A stretch of DNA of 64,000 nt from Zootoca vivipara (Eukaryota): positions 47,616,001-47,680,000 of the forward strand of contig NC_083277.1 in the NCBI RefSeq assembly GCF_963506605.1. The letters are read 5' to 3'. The notes beneath the pieces were generated by a model. That model saw only the letters and a list, made by a program, of their open reading frames with translations. It did not search any database and had not been told where the DNA came from. Of the stretch, positions 37,050-50,015 are shown one piece after another. Each line of letters begins with the position of its first letter. Position 1 is the stretch's first letter. The position numbers were made by a program, and so were the translations under genes.

Positions 37050-40000
37050 TTGACTAAACGTGATCCACCTGGAGAAGGAACTGGCAAGCCACTCCAGTAT
37101 CCCTGCCAAGAAAACTCCATGGACAAAGACAACAGGCATATAAAAGTTATGACGCTGGAAGATGAGCCCCTCAGGTCGGAAGGCGTCCAACATGCTACTG
37201 AGGAAGAGCGGAGGACAAGTACAAGTAGATTCAGAGCTGATGAAGCGGCTGGGCCAAAGCCGAAAGGACGCTCAGTTGCGGATATGCCTGGAAGCGAAAG
37301 GAAAGTCCGATGCTGTAAAGAAAAATATTGCATAGGAACCTGGAATGTAAGAACCATGAGTGGAGGTAAGCTGGATGTGGTCAAAAATGAGATGACAAGA
37401 ATAAATATCGACATCCTGGGCATCAGTGAACTAAAATGGAAGGGAATGGGTGAATTCAGTTCGGATGACTATCATATCTACTACTGTGGGCAAGAATCCT
37501 GTAGCAGAAATGGAGTGGCCCTCATAGTCAACAAAAGAGTGGCAAAAGCTGTAATGGGATGCAATCTCAAAAATGACAGAATGATCTCGATACAAATCCA
37601 AGGCAGACCTTTTAACATCACAGTAATCCAAGTTTATGCACCAACTACCGGTGCTGAAGAAAGTGAAATTGACCAATTCTATGAAGACCTACAACACCTT
37701 CTAGAAATGACACCAAAGAAGGATGTTCTTCTCATTACAGGGGACTGGAATGCTAAAGTAGGGAATCAAGAGATAAAAGGAACAACTGGCAAGTTTGGCC
37801 TTGGAGTTCAAAATGAAGCAGGGCAAAGGCTAATAGAGTTCTGTCAAGAGAACAAGCTGGTCATCACAAACACTCTATTCCAACAACACAAGAGACGACT
37901 CTACACATGGATATCACCAAATGGACAGCATCGAAATCAGATTGATTATATTCTCTGCAGCCAAAGATGGAGAAGCTCTATACAGTCAGCAAAAACAAGA
38001 CCTGGAGCTGACTGTAACTCAGATCATCAGCTTCTTATAGCAAAATTCCAGCTTAAACTGAAGAAAGTAGGAAAAACCACTGGGCCAGTAAGATACAATC
38101 TGAATCAAATCCCTTATGAATACACAGTGGAAGTGAGGAACAGGTTTAAGGATTTAGATTTGGTGGACAGAGTGCCTGAAGAACTATGGATGGAGGCTCG
38201 TAACATTATACAGGAGGCAGCAATGAAAACCATCCCAAGGAAAAGGAAATGCAAGAAAGCAAAATGGCTGTCCAACGAGGCCTTACAAATAGCGGAGGAG
38301 AGGAGGCAAGCAAAATGCAAGGGAGATAGGGAAAGATACAGGAAACTGAATGCAGATTTCCAAAAAACAGCAAGGAGAGACAAGAGGGTCTTCTTAAATG
38401 AGCAATGCAAAGAAATAGAGGAAAACAATAGAATGGGGAAAACCAGAGATCTGTTCAAGAAAATTGGAGATATGAAAGGAACATTTCGTACAAAGATTAC
38501 CATAATCAAGGACAAAAGTGGTAAGGACCTAACAGAAGCAGAAGACATCAAGAAGAGGTGGCAAGAATACACAGAGGAATTATACCAGAAAGATATGGAG
38601 GTCTCGTACACCTCAGGTAGTGTGGTTGCTGACCTTGAGCCAGACATCTTGGAGAGTGAAGTCAAATGGGCCTTAGAAAGCATTGCTAATAACAAGGCCA
38701 GTGGAAGTGATGATATTCCAGCTGAACTGTTTAAAATTTTAAAAGATGATGCTGTTAAGGTGCTACACCCAATATGCCAGCAAGTTTGGAAAACTCAGCA
38801 ATGGCCAGAGGATTGGAGAAGATCAGTCTACATCCCAATTCCAAAGAAGGGCAGTGCCAAAGAATGCTGCAACTACCGCACAATTGCGCTCATTTCACAC
38901 GCTAGCAAGGTTATGCTTAAAATTCTACAAGGCAGGCTTAGGCAGTATGTGGACCGAGAACTCCCAGAAGTGCAAGCTGGATTTCGAAAGGGCAGAGGAA
39001 CCAGAGACCAAATAGCAAACATGCGCTGGATTATGGAGAAAGCTAGAGAGTTCCAGAAAAACGTCTACTTCTGCTTCATTGACTATGCAAAAGCCTTTGA
39101 CTGTGTCGACCACAGCAAACTATGGCAAGTTCTTAAAGAAATGGGAGTGCCTGATCACCTCATCTGTCTCCTGAGAAATCTCTATGTGGGACAAGAAGCT
39201 ACAGTTAGAACTGGATATGGAACAACTGATTGGTTCAAAATTGGGAAAGGAGTACGACAAGGTTGTATATTGTCTCCCTGCTTATTTAACTTATATGCAG
39301 AATTCGAGGGGTTCCGGTTTCCGCCTGCAGGAATGGCGGACCTGTTTTCCATCTCTCTGACCTTTGTAAGGAATTTGGCGGTTGCTAGGGGAGTAAATGG
39401 CAACCCCCTACCCTCTCCGGGGGTTACGGAGAGGGGCCGCTGGCCCGCGATGCCCCCAGACCCACTCCGACTGTTTTTGGAGTGGGGGGAGCTTGGGCTG
39501 AGCACTTACAAGGGCCAGGACTCCCGGACGCTAATCTGCATGGCGGGGATTTCCATGGTTAAAGAAGATAATTAGGCTTAAATCTATGGACATACTTCAG
39601 AAGGAGGGAAAGAAGCGCTGTTTACTGCTGAGAAATTTATGCTGCCGAGTGAGAGGAGTCAAAGATTGTACTGCATCTGGAAGAAGGATTGATGGGGACG
39701 GAGCGATAAGGGGAGTGAGTTTTTATTTTATTTTTTTTCTTCATATTGTTGCCTCGTACCTTCCCGGACGCGATGTCCTGGCTTGTTTGGAGTGAAAGAG
39801 AAGCAAAAGACTGTGTGAGTTGAACCTTATAACTGTTGTTACTGAGCATATTTTTTTAAAGATGTGGAGTTGCCGATGAGAAAAGCCCCCCCCTAGTCGG
39901 ACGGAAGGAGTTCTGAATGCGTTCGGAGGATTTATGAGCTGTGACGCACTTTAAATTGGAGCAGCGACCTGAAGCTAAGTTCAGCTATAGGGCAAGGAGA

Positions 40001-41411
40001 TCCATTAATTTACCAAGAGTCTATGGTTTGATGTTTGGGTCTCCTGCCTGGAAAAGCTGTAAATTCTATAATGATCGTAAATTTTCATGGCCATGAGAGG
40101 AAAGCGAAAGTGATTTGAGCTTTTTAAGATGGCGCTACTTCGAATTGCTTCAACGCAACAGGAGCTCCATTAAGAAGATTTATGGGGAGGCTGGACTGAT
40201 TAACTCACACAGGAGAAAGAACATCTGTGAGACTTTGTTTGATATTTATATCAGCAGCTGGGAAACAATCGTGAAAGTGGAAAACATCTATGTGACTGTA
40301 AGGGGAAGATCTGGATTATTATGAACTTGAAGGACGATTTGAACTTTAGAAAAAAGACGGCAGTGGACAGTTGCGAGGAATTCCCAATTTCTTGAAGCAT
40401 GGGAACCCAAATAAAAAATTCTTTAGATGATTTGGCATAACATTCGGTCTGATTGATATATATATGTGTATAATTTGAAATATTGAATGTGATATAATTG
40501 GTTTTAATTGGAAAATTAATAAAAATATTTTTTTTTAAAAAAAAAATAACTTATATGCAGAATTCATCATGTGAAAGGCTGGACTAGATGAATCCCAAGC
40601 CGGAATTAAGATTGCTGGAAGAATTATCAACAACCTCAGATATGCAGATGACACAACCTTGATGGCAGAAAGTGAGGAGGAATTAAAGAACCTTTTAATG
40701 AGGGTGAAAGAGGAGAGTGCAAAATATGGTCTGAAGCTCAACATCAAAAAAACCAAGATCATGGCCACTGGTCCCATCACCTCCTGGCAAATAGAAGGGG
40801 AAGAAATGGAGGCAGTGAGAGATTTTACTTTCTTGGGCTCCTTGATCACTGCAGATGGTGACAGCAGTCACGAAATTAAAAGATGCCTGCTTCTTGGGAG
40901 AAAAGCAATGACAAACCTAGACAGCATCTTAAAAAGCAGAGACATCACCTTGCCGACAAAGGTCCGTATAGTTAAAGCTATGGTTTTCCCAGTAGTGATG
41001 TATGGAAGTGAGAGTTGGACCATAAAGAAGGCTGATCGCCGAAGAATTGATGCTTTTGAATTATGGTGCTGGAGGAGACTCTTGAGAGTCCCATGGACTG
41101 CAAGAAGATCAAACCTATCCATTCTTAAGGAAATCAGCCCTGAGTGCTCCCTGGAAGGACAGATCGTGAAGCTCAGGCTCCAATACTTTGGCCACCTCAT
41201 GAGAAGAGAAGAATCCTTGGAAAAGACCCTGATGTTGGGAAAGATTGAGGGCACTAGGAGAAGGGGACGACAGAGGACAAGATGGTTGGACAGTGTTCTC
41301 GAAGCTACGAACATGAGTTTGACCAAACTGCGGAAGGCAGTGCAAGACAGGAGTGCCTGGCGTGCTATGGTCCATGGGGTCACGAAGAGTCGGACACGAC
41401 TAAACGACTAA
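37050..41411 (+). pseudogene. BovB endonuclease/reverse transcriptase ORF, disrupted by the 39306-40546 insertion and a CGA>TGA stop at 40572
   Basis: ORFs 37050-39575 and 40659-41411 rejoin in frame at NLYAEF|IM; the - strand copy has CGA at the equivalent codon. Confidence 0.93.
39306..40546 (+). mobile_element. Non-coding poly(A) retroposon, probably L1-dependent
   Basis: 19-bp TSD taacttatatgcagaattc (39287-39305, 40547-40565); AATAAA plus A tail; L1-like 5' end gaggggttccgg...atggcgg; internal ORFs only ~70 aa and not L1-like. Confidence 0.85.
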
Positions 41412-42511
41412 ACAACAACAACAAGCCTCATTGAAGAGCCTCATTGAGTCTAGGCACATAATAAAAAACCTGCTAGATCAGGCCAATAGCTCATTTAGTC
41501 CAGCATCACATAATTACTATGACCCCAAGGTCTTGTTCCTGGGAAGTTACCACCAGTTCAAACTCCATGAACATATACAGGCAACTCCCCACTTAAGGGG
41601 GGTAACATTCCAGGGCCCCCCACATAAATGAAATGTGCGTAAGTGGGCAACACCCTTAGCTTCTCTTTGCAGAAACTGTTATTTAAATTCCCTGATCCTG
41701 ATTTATCTTTTGTTGTTGCAAATGTGTTTGATCCAGAGAGCCAGGCTGCAGGCGGTGTTTTTCTTTATATGTTTTAAGATGACAGGATTGCCAGTATAGT
41801 AGGTTTGTGCATCAGTGGGGTTCATGTGGAGACTGGTGACTATTTTGTTGCTTTCAGTGGTGAGGGGGACATTGAGGAAAGGGGTGCGTTAACTATCAAG
41901 GGTGCTGAGACTGCTTGCTTAGAGACTAGATTTTAAGTAAGAAGACATTAGTGTATGTGATATATGATGCAAGGCTTTGCACCGTGTTTTTTAAGTTTAA
42001 ATCAATAAGCTGTACCATATTTCGGGTGACACCTAAGAATGTTCAGATGAAGGAACACACAATGTTGATTTCCCCATTCAAAAAGAAAGAGAAATGAACT
42101 GTTGTGTTCATCTTTTGGAACAGCTGGTTTTCTGTCAGCATTTGTGGTTTTCATCCTTTGCAATGCTGTTGACACATGGTGTGGGCCAATTTTGTAACGT
42201 TATTCCCGCCCGTGGAAAATGATACTATGCACAGAATGTGACATCATTGCTTTCCGTGCCATTTGAGTGTATTTAGGAGTGATGGTGGCTTTTCACAACC
42301 CCCAGAGTTGCATCAACAGGATTTGCATCACCAGAAAATATTCCACGTTGCCCAGCATCAAAAATGCGCTTCTCTGATCTTTCCACACTGAGTTGTGTGA
42401 CTTAGAAATCATTATAGAAAGCCATATGCTAAGAAGCCACTATTTTCTTGAGTTGACGGCTGAAGATCGCCTAGCAAATGTTACAACTGAATTCTGTAAA
42501 TATGTATGATT

Positions 42512-43025
42512 AAATTTATTAAATGTATATACTGCCACTCACCTCAAGATCACAGGGCAGTTTGCAACAGAAAAACACAACATAAGCAACATAATAACAA
42601 AAAACAAAAAGCACCCTCCTGCAGGACACATTTAAAAAGCCATAGATTGTTCAATCAGCCAAAGGCCTGATTGGAGAGGAATGTTTTTGCCCAGCACCTA
42701 AAGGTATGTAATGCAAGTGGCAGGCAAGCCTCTCTGGGTAGAGCATTCCGCAAATGAGGAGCTACTGCAGAAAAGGCCTGTTCTCGTGTTGTCACCCTCC
42801 GGACCTCTCATGGAGGGAGTACACAAAGAAGGGCCTCAGACGGTGACTGCAGGCTACAGGCTGGATCATATAGGGAGAGGTGGTCCTTGAGCTATTGCAG
42901 TCCTGAGCCATTTAAGGCTTTATAGGTCAAAACCAGCAGTTTGTATTGGGTTCGGAAACTAATTGGCAGCCAGGACAGTTGGGCCAGGATTGGTGTCATA
43001 TGCTCAAACTGTCTTGCCCTGGTGA
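42512..43025 (-). mobile_element. L2 LINE 3' fragment
   Basis: HMTPILAQLSWLPISFRTQYKLLVLTYKALNG L2 motif; 18-bp tandem duplication gaattctatattctgagt at the truncation junction. Confidence 0.88.
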
Positions 43026-43126
43026 ATTCTATATTCTGAGTGCCGAATTCTATATTCTGAGTATTAACTTTTGCCAAGAGCAAGGACTATGATCTATGGA
43101 TGCCCACACATAAGTGCAAGTTGTTA

Positions 43127-43294
43127 CAGGGACGGCCCTAAATATGGCAAGGCTGGGTGGCACAGGGTGCCAGGGTGCAGGGCTGCCAGGGGGGCGCTGC
43201 GCCCACCAGACAGCCGCGCTGGGAAACAGGGCGGGGGGGGGGGTGCCGGAGGGATCTTCACGCCAGGGCGCCAGATATGCTTAAGACGGCCCTG
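43127..43294 (-). mobile_element. GC-rich hAT MITE (cagggccgtcttaag family), 168 bp
   Basis: Ends cagggacggccctaa / cttaagacggccctg; perfect TSD agttgtta. Confidence 0.92.
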
Positions 43295-43741
43295 AGTTGT
43301 TATGCAAGGTTACATTTATAATCTTATATTGGAAGTGAGGCTATGACCTGACAAAACACCACCTATGTGATTCCATTCATTTTATCACTGTCTGAAGATA
43401 CCTTCAAACACACCTAGGAGAACAGTGAATTTTGGGTGAGGGGTATAGGAGAATAGAGGACAGGAGATTCTGGTATAACTTTAATGGATTCCCAGTCTGC
43501 ACTCTGACTTCATAAATATAAACACCACAGTGGGTCACGGGAATTCTAGCAAACAAATATGTAGATAACACAAGATTGAAGTTAGCACATCCTTATACTT
43601 GATGATCCAAAACCTTTTAGCTTCCAAAAGTTTTTGAAATGCAAGAAATTGTTTTGATCAATTGGCCTCCTACTCTAGAAGGGTTTTGTAAAAAAAAAAA
43701 AAAATTCATAAACTGAGAGAGGCTGCACTGAAATCAAACTT

Positions 43742-43905
43742 CCAGAGGATAACTATGTTGGTCTTTGAAAAAAGAACAAAAATTATTGTGGCACCATATA
43801 AAGACTTAACAACTTGACTGTGGTTAAGCTTTCATGGAATTCCATCCACTTCATTGTGCTATAATAAACTTGTTAGTCTTTAAGGCGCTATGAGACTGTT
43901 TTCTT
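43742..43905. mobile_element. Old Penelope-like remnant with inverted halves and a degenerate hammerhead (- strand, ~43824-43853)
   Basis: ggcacc..taaagact opposite gtctttaaggcgct; - strand atgaagtgga..tccatgaaagctta. Confidence 0.55.
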
Positions 43906-44494
43906 TCATCATAAGAAAATTAAATGTTCTTTCAAAATATAAACATACGTTTTTGTTTGAATGTAGGAAGGTGAGTTACCTGGTTCAGCAAAAAACTAAT
44001 GTCTCTTATTTGAGGCAGTGACCTAACACATGCACTCACAAATTTTCTGTGTTTGTTGTGTTACTATGGCCCTATGACAGAACACCAACATAGTTTCAGT
44101 TTGAAACTGATACATACCTTGATGAGGCCAAACATTCTCTTCCACCAGTCCAGACTGAAAACAATTCTGAGAGAGTATGTATGTATGTATTGTTACTGCC
44201 TTCATACTCTGCAATCCATCTGCTTAAATCTGCACAGAATCACCTTATGTCCTCTGCGCATCCACTTACTGCTACATTTTTCAAAATACTATGGAGAATT
44301 TTTCGTTGTGTGGTAGCAGAAGCCCTCTTTGGGTGCTAGTGAGAAGAGCAGAGTTGTGGGGCTGAGCAGTTTAGCCCCTCTCTGTTGGGGCTGCATGACT
44401 CTTCCTGGCCCCTAGCATGACTAAAAGTACACTTCTGCACTGGGGAGCACTGCCACTCTGTGGAGGCTCCAGGTGCAATTGAGGTTCAGGATAC

Positions 44495-45415
44495 AGCCTT
44501 GACCACCACAGTAGATTATTTATGCTGATCACTGGACAGGGGCTATTCAGTCGTGTTGGGTCTGCTAGACATCTCAGCAGCTTTCAGTACCATTGATACT
44601 GGAATCCTTCTGGACAGCTAAGTTGTACTGAGGTTGGATGGCACTGTTTTATGCTGGTTTGGGGCCTCCCCAGAGGGCAGGTTCCACAAGGCGGCAGTCC
44701 TTGGCTTTTGGACTATGGAATCCAGAAAAGTTCCATCTTGTCCTCCATGCTCTTCAGCATCTACATTAAACTGCTGGGAGGTGTCATCCATGTGTTTGAT
44801 GTGTGCATGTTCATGTGGATGACACCAAGCTCTGTTTTTCTTTTCTACTAGATTTCAGTGAGGGAGTGAAGACCCTGAACTGGTGTGTGTAGACTGTGAT
44901 GAGCTGGATGTGGGCTAAGAACATGCATAGGCAAACTCAGCACTCCAGATGTTTTGAGGCTACAACTCCCATCATCCCTGATTATTGGTCCTGTTAGCTA
45001 GGGATGATGGGAGTTGTCGTCCCAAAACATCTGGAAGGCAGAGTTTGCCTATGCCTGGTTAGAAACTAAGACTTAATCCATACTGGACAGGTGCAGGAAA
45101 GTCCACATGAGGATAGGTGGGATGGGGTAGCACTCCCTATGGGGTAGCATCCACTATTCTGGATGGGGTAGCACTCCCTCTGGAAGACACATGGTTTGAG
45201 CCTCCTCATCTCCTTACGTCTGGATTCTCAGACGGCAGCTGTGCCCTGGAGCACTTTTGCACAGCTTTGGCTAGTGTACCAACTGTGGTCTTTCCTGGAG
45301 AAGGCAGATTCATCCACTTCCACACGTTTTGGACACATTCAGGTTGGACTATAATCTGCATGACACTACTATGGAAGAGTGCTGGAAAAACTGCAAGTGA
45401 TGCTTAATGCTGCCA
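44495..45415 (+). mobile_element. Degraded L2 RT fragment with a nested palindromic MITE (44922-45057)
   Basis: Remnants LLDISAAF.TID, VPQG.VLG and DDT motifs. Confidence 0.7.
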
Positions 45416-48400
45416 TCAGGGGGTTATTGAGGATCAGTTCCTTGGGGCCTGTCAAGCTGCATTGGGTCCAAACAGGGGAGGCGTGTCCTATTTTGTCGCT
45501 TGGGGTCAAACAGGAAGTGCTGCCCCACTCTGTTCTGCCGCCTGCTCCGCTGCTGGCAATGACACTGATTTCTGGCGAGATCTCGCTGAAATTTTGTGAG
45601 ATCTCTCAAGCTGCATGAGATCTTGTGTGATTCGGATGAGATATCCCTGGAAATCAGCATCTAAAGTTGTGGCACTTCGGTCTATTGCCTCATGCCGTAG
45701 AATGGCATTGAATGGCTCCCAGTACGAGAAATATGTGGGCACTGTTTTATGATGCTGTAGATAAAGTTATGATTACTGAACAGCTTGAGCTAGATAACAG
45801 TGGTGAGTTACTTGTACTGTACCACTTTCCCTTCCACTGCTGTTAGAAAAATACTTCTCAGCTAGCAGGGTTGCTAGTATTTGACGCAGCCCACATTACG
45901 GTAGCACTTTGTCAACTGACAGATGTCAAGATTAGCAATCTACAGTTATTAGCGGCTTGTTGACCCTTCATATTTACTGTTCCATGCCACTTTTCAGCAA
46001 ATGCCTGGTTTGGCTTTGTTGCAAATTCTTCCCATAGTTCACAGTGCAAAACAAACATCTTAGCACTTTCCTTAATGAACTATACACTTCCTACAAAAAC
46101 AAGTAACCAACATTCTAAACAGAAAGCCGGGATTTAAAAAATGGCTTGCACATGTTTTCCATTTATAAAGAAAACAAATGATTTGTTTTTTATCTTAACC
46201 TTGATAAGCAGTTGATTGCATTGTTCAGGAGAAAAGCATGACACCAACATTGCTGTCCTTTGTTGGTTTCTATGGTGAAACTTGAAGAAAAATGTATTGC
46301 GGAATGAACTTGCATACATAAGCTGTTTTCTGCAGAAGGGTTTATTGCAGGGATGAGGAACCTGTGCCACTTCAGATGATGTTGGACTACAACTCCCATC
46401 ATCTCTGACCGTTGGCCATGCTGGCTGGGACTGACACCTGGAGGCTATAGTTTCCACACCTCTGATTTGCTGCATTCCGTTTATATACTACATGCATACA
46501 AATAGGAGGGTTGCCATTTGTTGTCGCTACTGGTGTTTCTTCATGAAACTTGGATGTGATTCCTCCTCCTCCCATACACATACTAGAGCTCTGGGGTGAT
46601 TGACAAACAGGAGAAAAGAAGTGTGTGCTGTGGTGGGGATAACCGTAGTGAAAATCTCCTCCCTTGGCTTTTCCTTCCACTCTCCGCTTTGGTGCCTGGT
46701 ACAATCTCTTGATGCTGCCAGGTGAATCCTGCTCAGAATCTGCACTTTTGTCCTTATGGATGAGAGTGTATGGGCAGCCATGCCAGGAACAGGACTAGCA
46801 GTAGGCAAGCTTGATCCAGATTGGGATCCAAAGTCAGTAAGTACTGATATCAAGCCAGGCTTTTCATGCCAGAATCTAGATCGTAGGACCAGACAGTGTC
46901 TGAATGGCTTATAAAATAGGTAGAGTGATATCTGAAGTCCAAATTCCTGACTATGGGTGAATGGACAGACCATGGGTTAAAATAGTAACCTATAGACAGA
47001 AAAGAAGCTGAAGGCAGGGCAGGGCACCAATGAGAACTGGAAAAATGTGGTGGGGGTCCAAACAGAAACTGGTAGCAGGATAGGAGTTGGGATGGTGATA
47101 ACAAGGACAGGAAACAATAAAAGGCCACCCCTGCAAGAAACTTGCAGAAACAGTTATCCTATTTACTAATCTTAGTTATACAAGGAAGGACCAACTTGTG
47201 GCCCTTTCTATCTGTGCTGGATACCAGATATAGATATATAACTTTATGAGGTAGTGAGGCTGCTTTATCTGAAGTTGAATCTTAGGTTTGGCATTGAGTT
47301 GAACTTCAACAAGCTCTGGTGTGAGACCACGCCTTCTCCCTGTCCAACCCCATATACTTGGCTATGTTATATAATTACAGTACAAGCCTACCACCAATAT
47401 GTCGTCATCCTGGGAACCAATTTACCATAGATTATATATACATTTTCAGTTTAGTCTGCTTTAATTAGGTGAACATAAATCGCAACCATTTGTGTTTAAA
47501 AATAAGCTCTCTACCATGAGCAATGACTTCCCCACAACTAATTAGAATGCATATTCTGGGTGAAGGTTAATATGCATCTGTTCCACATTACACAAACATA
47601 CTAAAGGTCACAAGAAGTATTAATGTATTGCTGTGGGGGTATTGCCTAATTTCTGTGTGTACTGCAGAACAGCATACCATGCTGATGGAATATTGTGTTA
47701 CTACCTCTCATCACTAACCAACCAAATCAGTTTTCACCTGTGTGAGTTTGGCTCTACCTCTTCTCTGGCCTGGTTTGCATGTAATGCTAAGCTATGGTTT
47801 GTTTAATAAACCATGGATTGTCCCATAGAAATAATTTAAAACAAGCCATGACTTATTTATCCAGAGCTTGGTCGGTTCTGTTCCTAGCTTCATGCTTCTT
47901 GCTTTGGCAAGCATGTGACATAGGATGGCCAAACAAACCATGGTTATGGAAAGGGGTTTGGTTCTCACAAAACACCAAGTCATTGTTAAAACAAACAATG
48001 GTTCATATGCAAATAACAAACCATAGCTTGAGATCATAGTTTCTTCACAGCATGCTAACCATAGTTAAACTACTGGGATTTAGACAGTCAAATAAACTAT
48101 GGTTTAAACTATGTAGTTTAAAAAGCCATAGCTTAGCATTATTTGCAGACTAATTCTCTGATAAGCAGGGATTTTAGGGAAAACTTTTTTGGCAAAAGCA
48201 TTGGAAACTGATGGCATTATAACAGTTGTGTAGAAATATACAAGTAGATAAGGTATTTCCAGGATGCAACATTGGAACACACAAACACTGTGAGATCCAC
48301 AGCAACATAAGGTTGTCACATAATATATCCTCAAATCCCAACCAGTTTTGAGCAAAATCTGTACCCACACAGTCTCTCTTAGGACTGCTTCATGAAAGAT

Positions 48401-49855
48401 ATCCAAAAAGGTAGTTGTGTGTTAACCTGTTGCAGGCAGAAAAAGAAACAACAAAACATCGTATATTAGTCAAGGTGCTACAAAACTCTTCTTTGTAGTC
48501 ACACAAAGCATTTTTTCTACAGTGTACCAATGTAAGAAAAACTACAGCACACCATTTTGTTGAGATGAGCATAGAGTGAATGTGACAATCACATCAGGTA
48601 AGTTAAACAAACACTGGACAGGAGTTTTAAAAACACATATTGTTGGCTTAAGAGGAGAAATGAAAGTAAAAGCTTAGTGATATTAATCAAATATCAAATA
48701 AAAACGTTCTAGCTGATGGTAACCCATCCTGTGTCATATGCCTTTAAGAACAAAGGGAAACAGAACATGGCAGCAGTTAATAGGATTATAAACAGCCCAG
48801 CCTTCCTGGAAGAATTCAGTTACACCAACACTGCATGAGACAAAGTAATTTTTTTTCCCAGCAAGGGAAATAATTTTTTTTTTGGGGGGGGGAGGAATTG
48901 TAATGCATTTTCCGCAATCTCTGGTACCATTCCAGTCCCACAGAAGCCGTGACATATACAGTATGGATAATGCAAAACTAACCCTTTGGGGTTTTTTTTA
49001 TGTTGCCAGAGCTGGAGAACAAAATTAGTTCTAGATAGATATGCCCAGGGCAAAAGAAAAGACCTAGTGACTGAACTAGACTGTGGAGCAGGCAAACTTT
49101 GTATTTAAACAGAAGAGTCAATACTGAGGACTGAAGGTCTGAGAATGCTGCAAGCGAAGCAGGAAGATGGCTGTGGGCCAGATGGAGAGATGAGCTGATG
49201 TGGCAGGCTGGAGCTGCATGGAACAGTCTGGCTCAGCTCCATGAGAACTGTTGCACAATTTGGGAGGCCTTCATCAGGCAACGACTGAAATAACAGTTTT
49301 GATAGTGATAAAAACTTGCATGGAATTCACATGATCTTCGGTAGGCATTGTTTGCCACAGTTGCTTTCAGATTTGTCAAAATGTAAACTGTGCTGCCTGA
49401 TATCAGAGCAGTTAATTGTAATGCCTCTAGAGAGGTGTGGGCAAAATGCTACAAAGGGAGTTGGATTCAAGAACCAAAGGTTTGCCGGTACATTACAATT
49501 CTTTGTTTTGTTTAATATAATAGGCTTTAAAGATACTGCACATATCATGAGCTAGTGCAAACATGACATATTTTAACCAATGTGTAACTTGAACCTAAAT
49601 ATGTTTACTTAGAAGTAAGTAGATTAAATGGAACTATTTGCTATGGGAGTTTGCATAGGACTGCAGCCCTAGCCTGCAATCCTGAACCCACTTCCTTGGG
49701 AACAAGCCCCATTGAACATAATGGGACCTATTTCCATGCAAACACAGATACAATTGGGCTGTAAATGTATAGTTCATTAAGCTTAGTGGTTATGAGATAA
49801 GTAAATATTTAACAGTGCAGTTATAATTATTTTTTGAGAGAATAGCACTCTCTCT

Positions 49856-50015
49856 NNNNNNNNNNNNNNNNNNNNNNNNNNNNNNNNNNNNNNNNNNNNN
49901 NNNNNNNNNNNNNNNNNNNNNNNNNNNNNNNNNNNNNNNNNNNNNNNNNNNNNNNNNNNNNNNNNNNNNNNNNNNNNNNNNNNNNNNNNNNNNNNNNNNN
50001 NNNNNNNNNNNNNNN
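49856..50015. other. Assembly gap (160 N)
   Basis: Run of N next to a (CT)n tract. Confidence 1.

Larger units (their letters stand above)
36945..41422 (+). mobile_element. Full-length RTE-BovB LINE (3218 bp without the nested insert and its TSD)
   Basis: 10-bp TSD aagcctcatt (36935-36944, 41423-41432); APE endonuclease (GTWNVR, GISE, YAPT, GDWNA, IDYI, SDH) and RT (YADD); (CAA)n tail. Confidence 0.98.

Noticed and set aside
39306-39575. Novel C-terminal extension of the BovB ORF (EGFRFPPAG...)
   Set aside because: Fortuitous read-through into the insert; it truncates RT before YADD.
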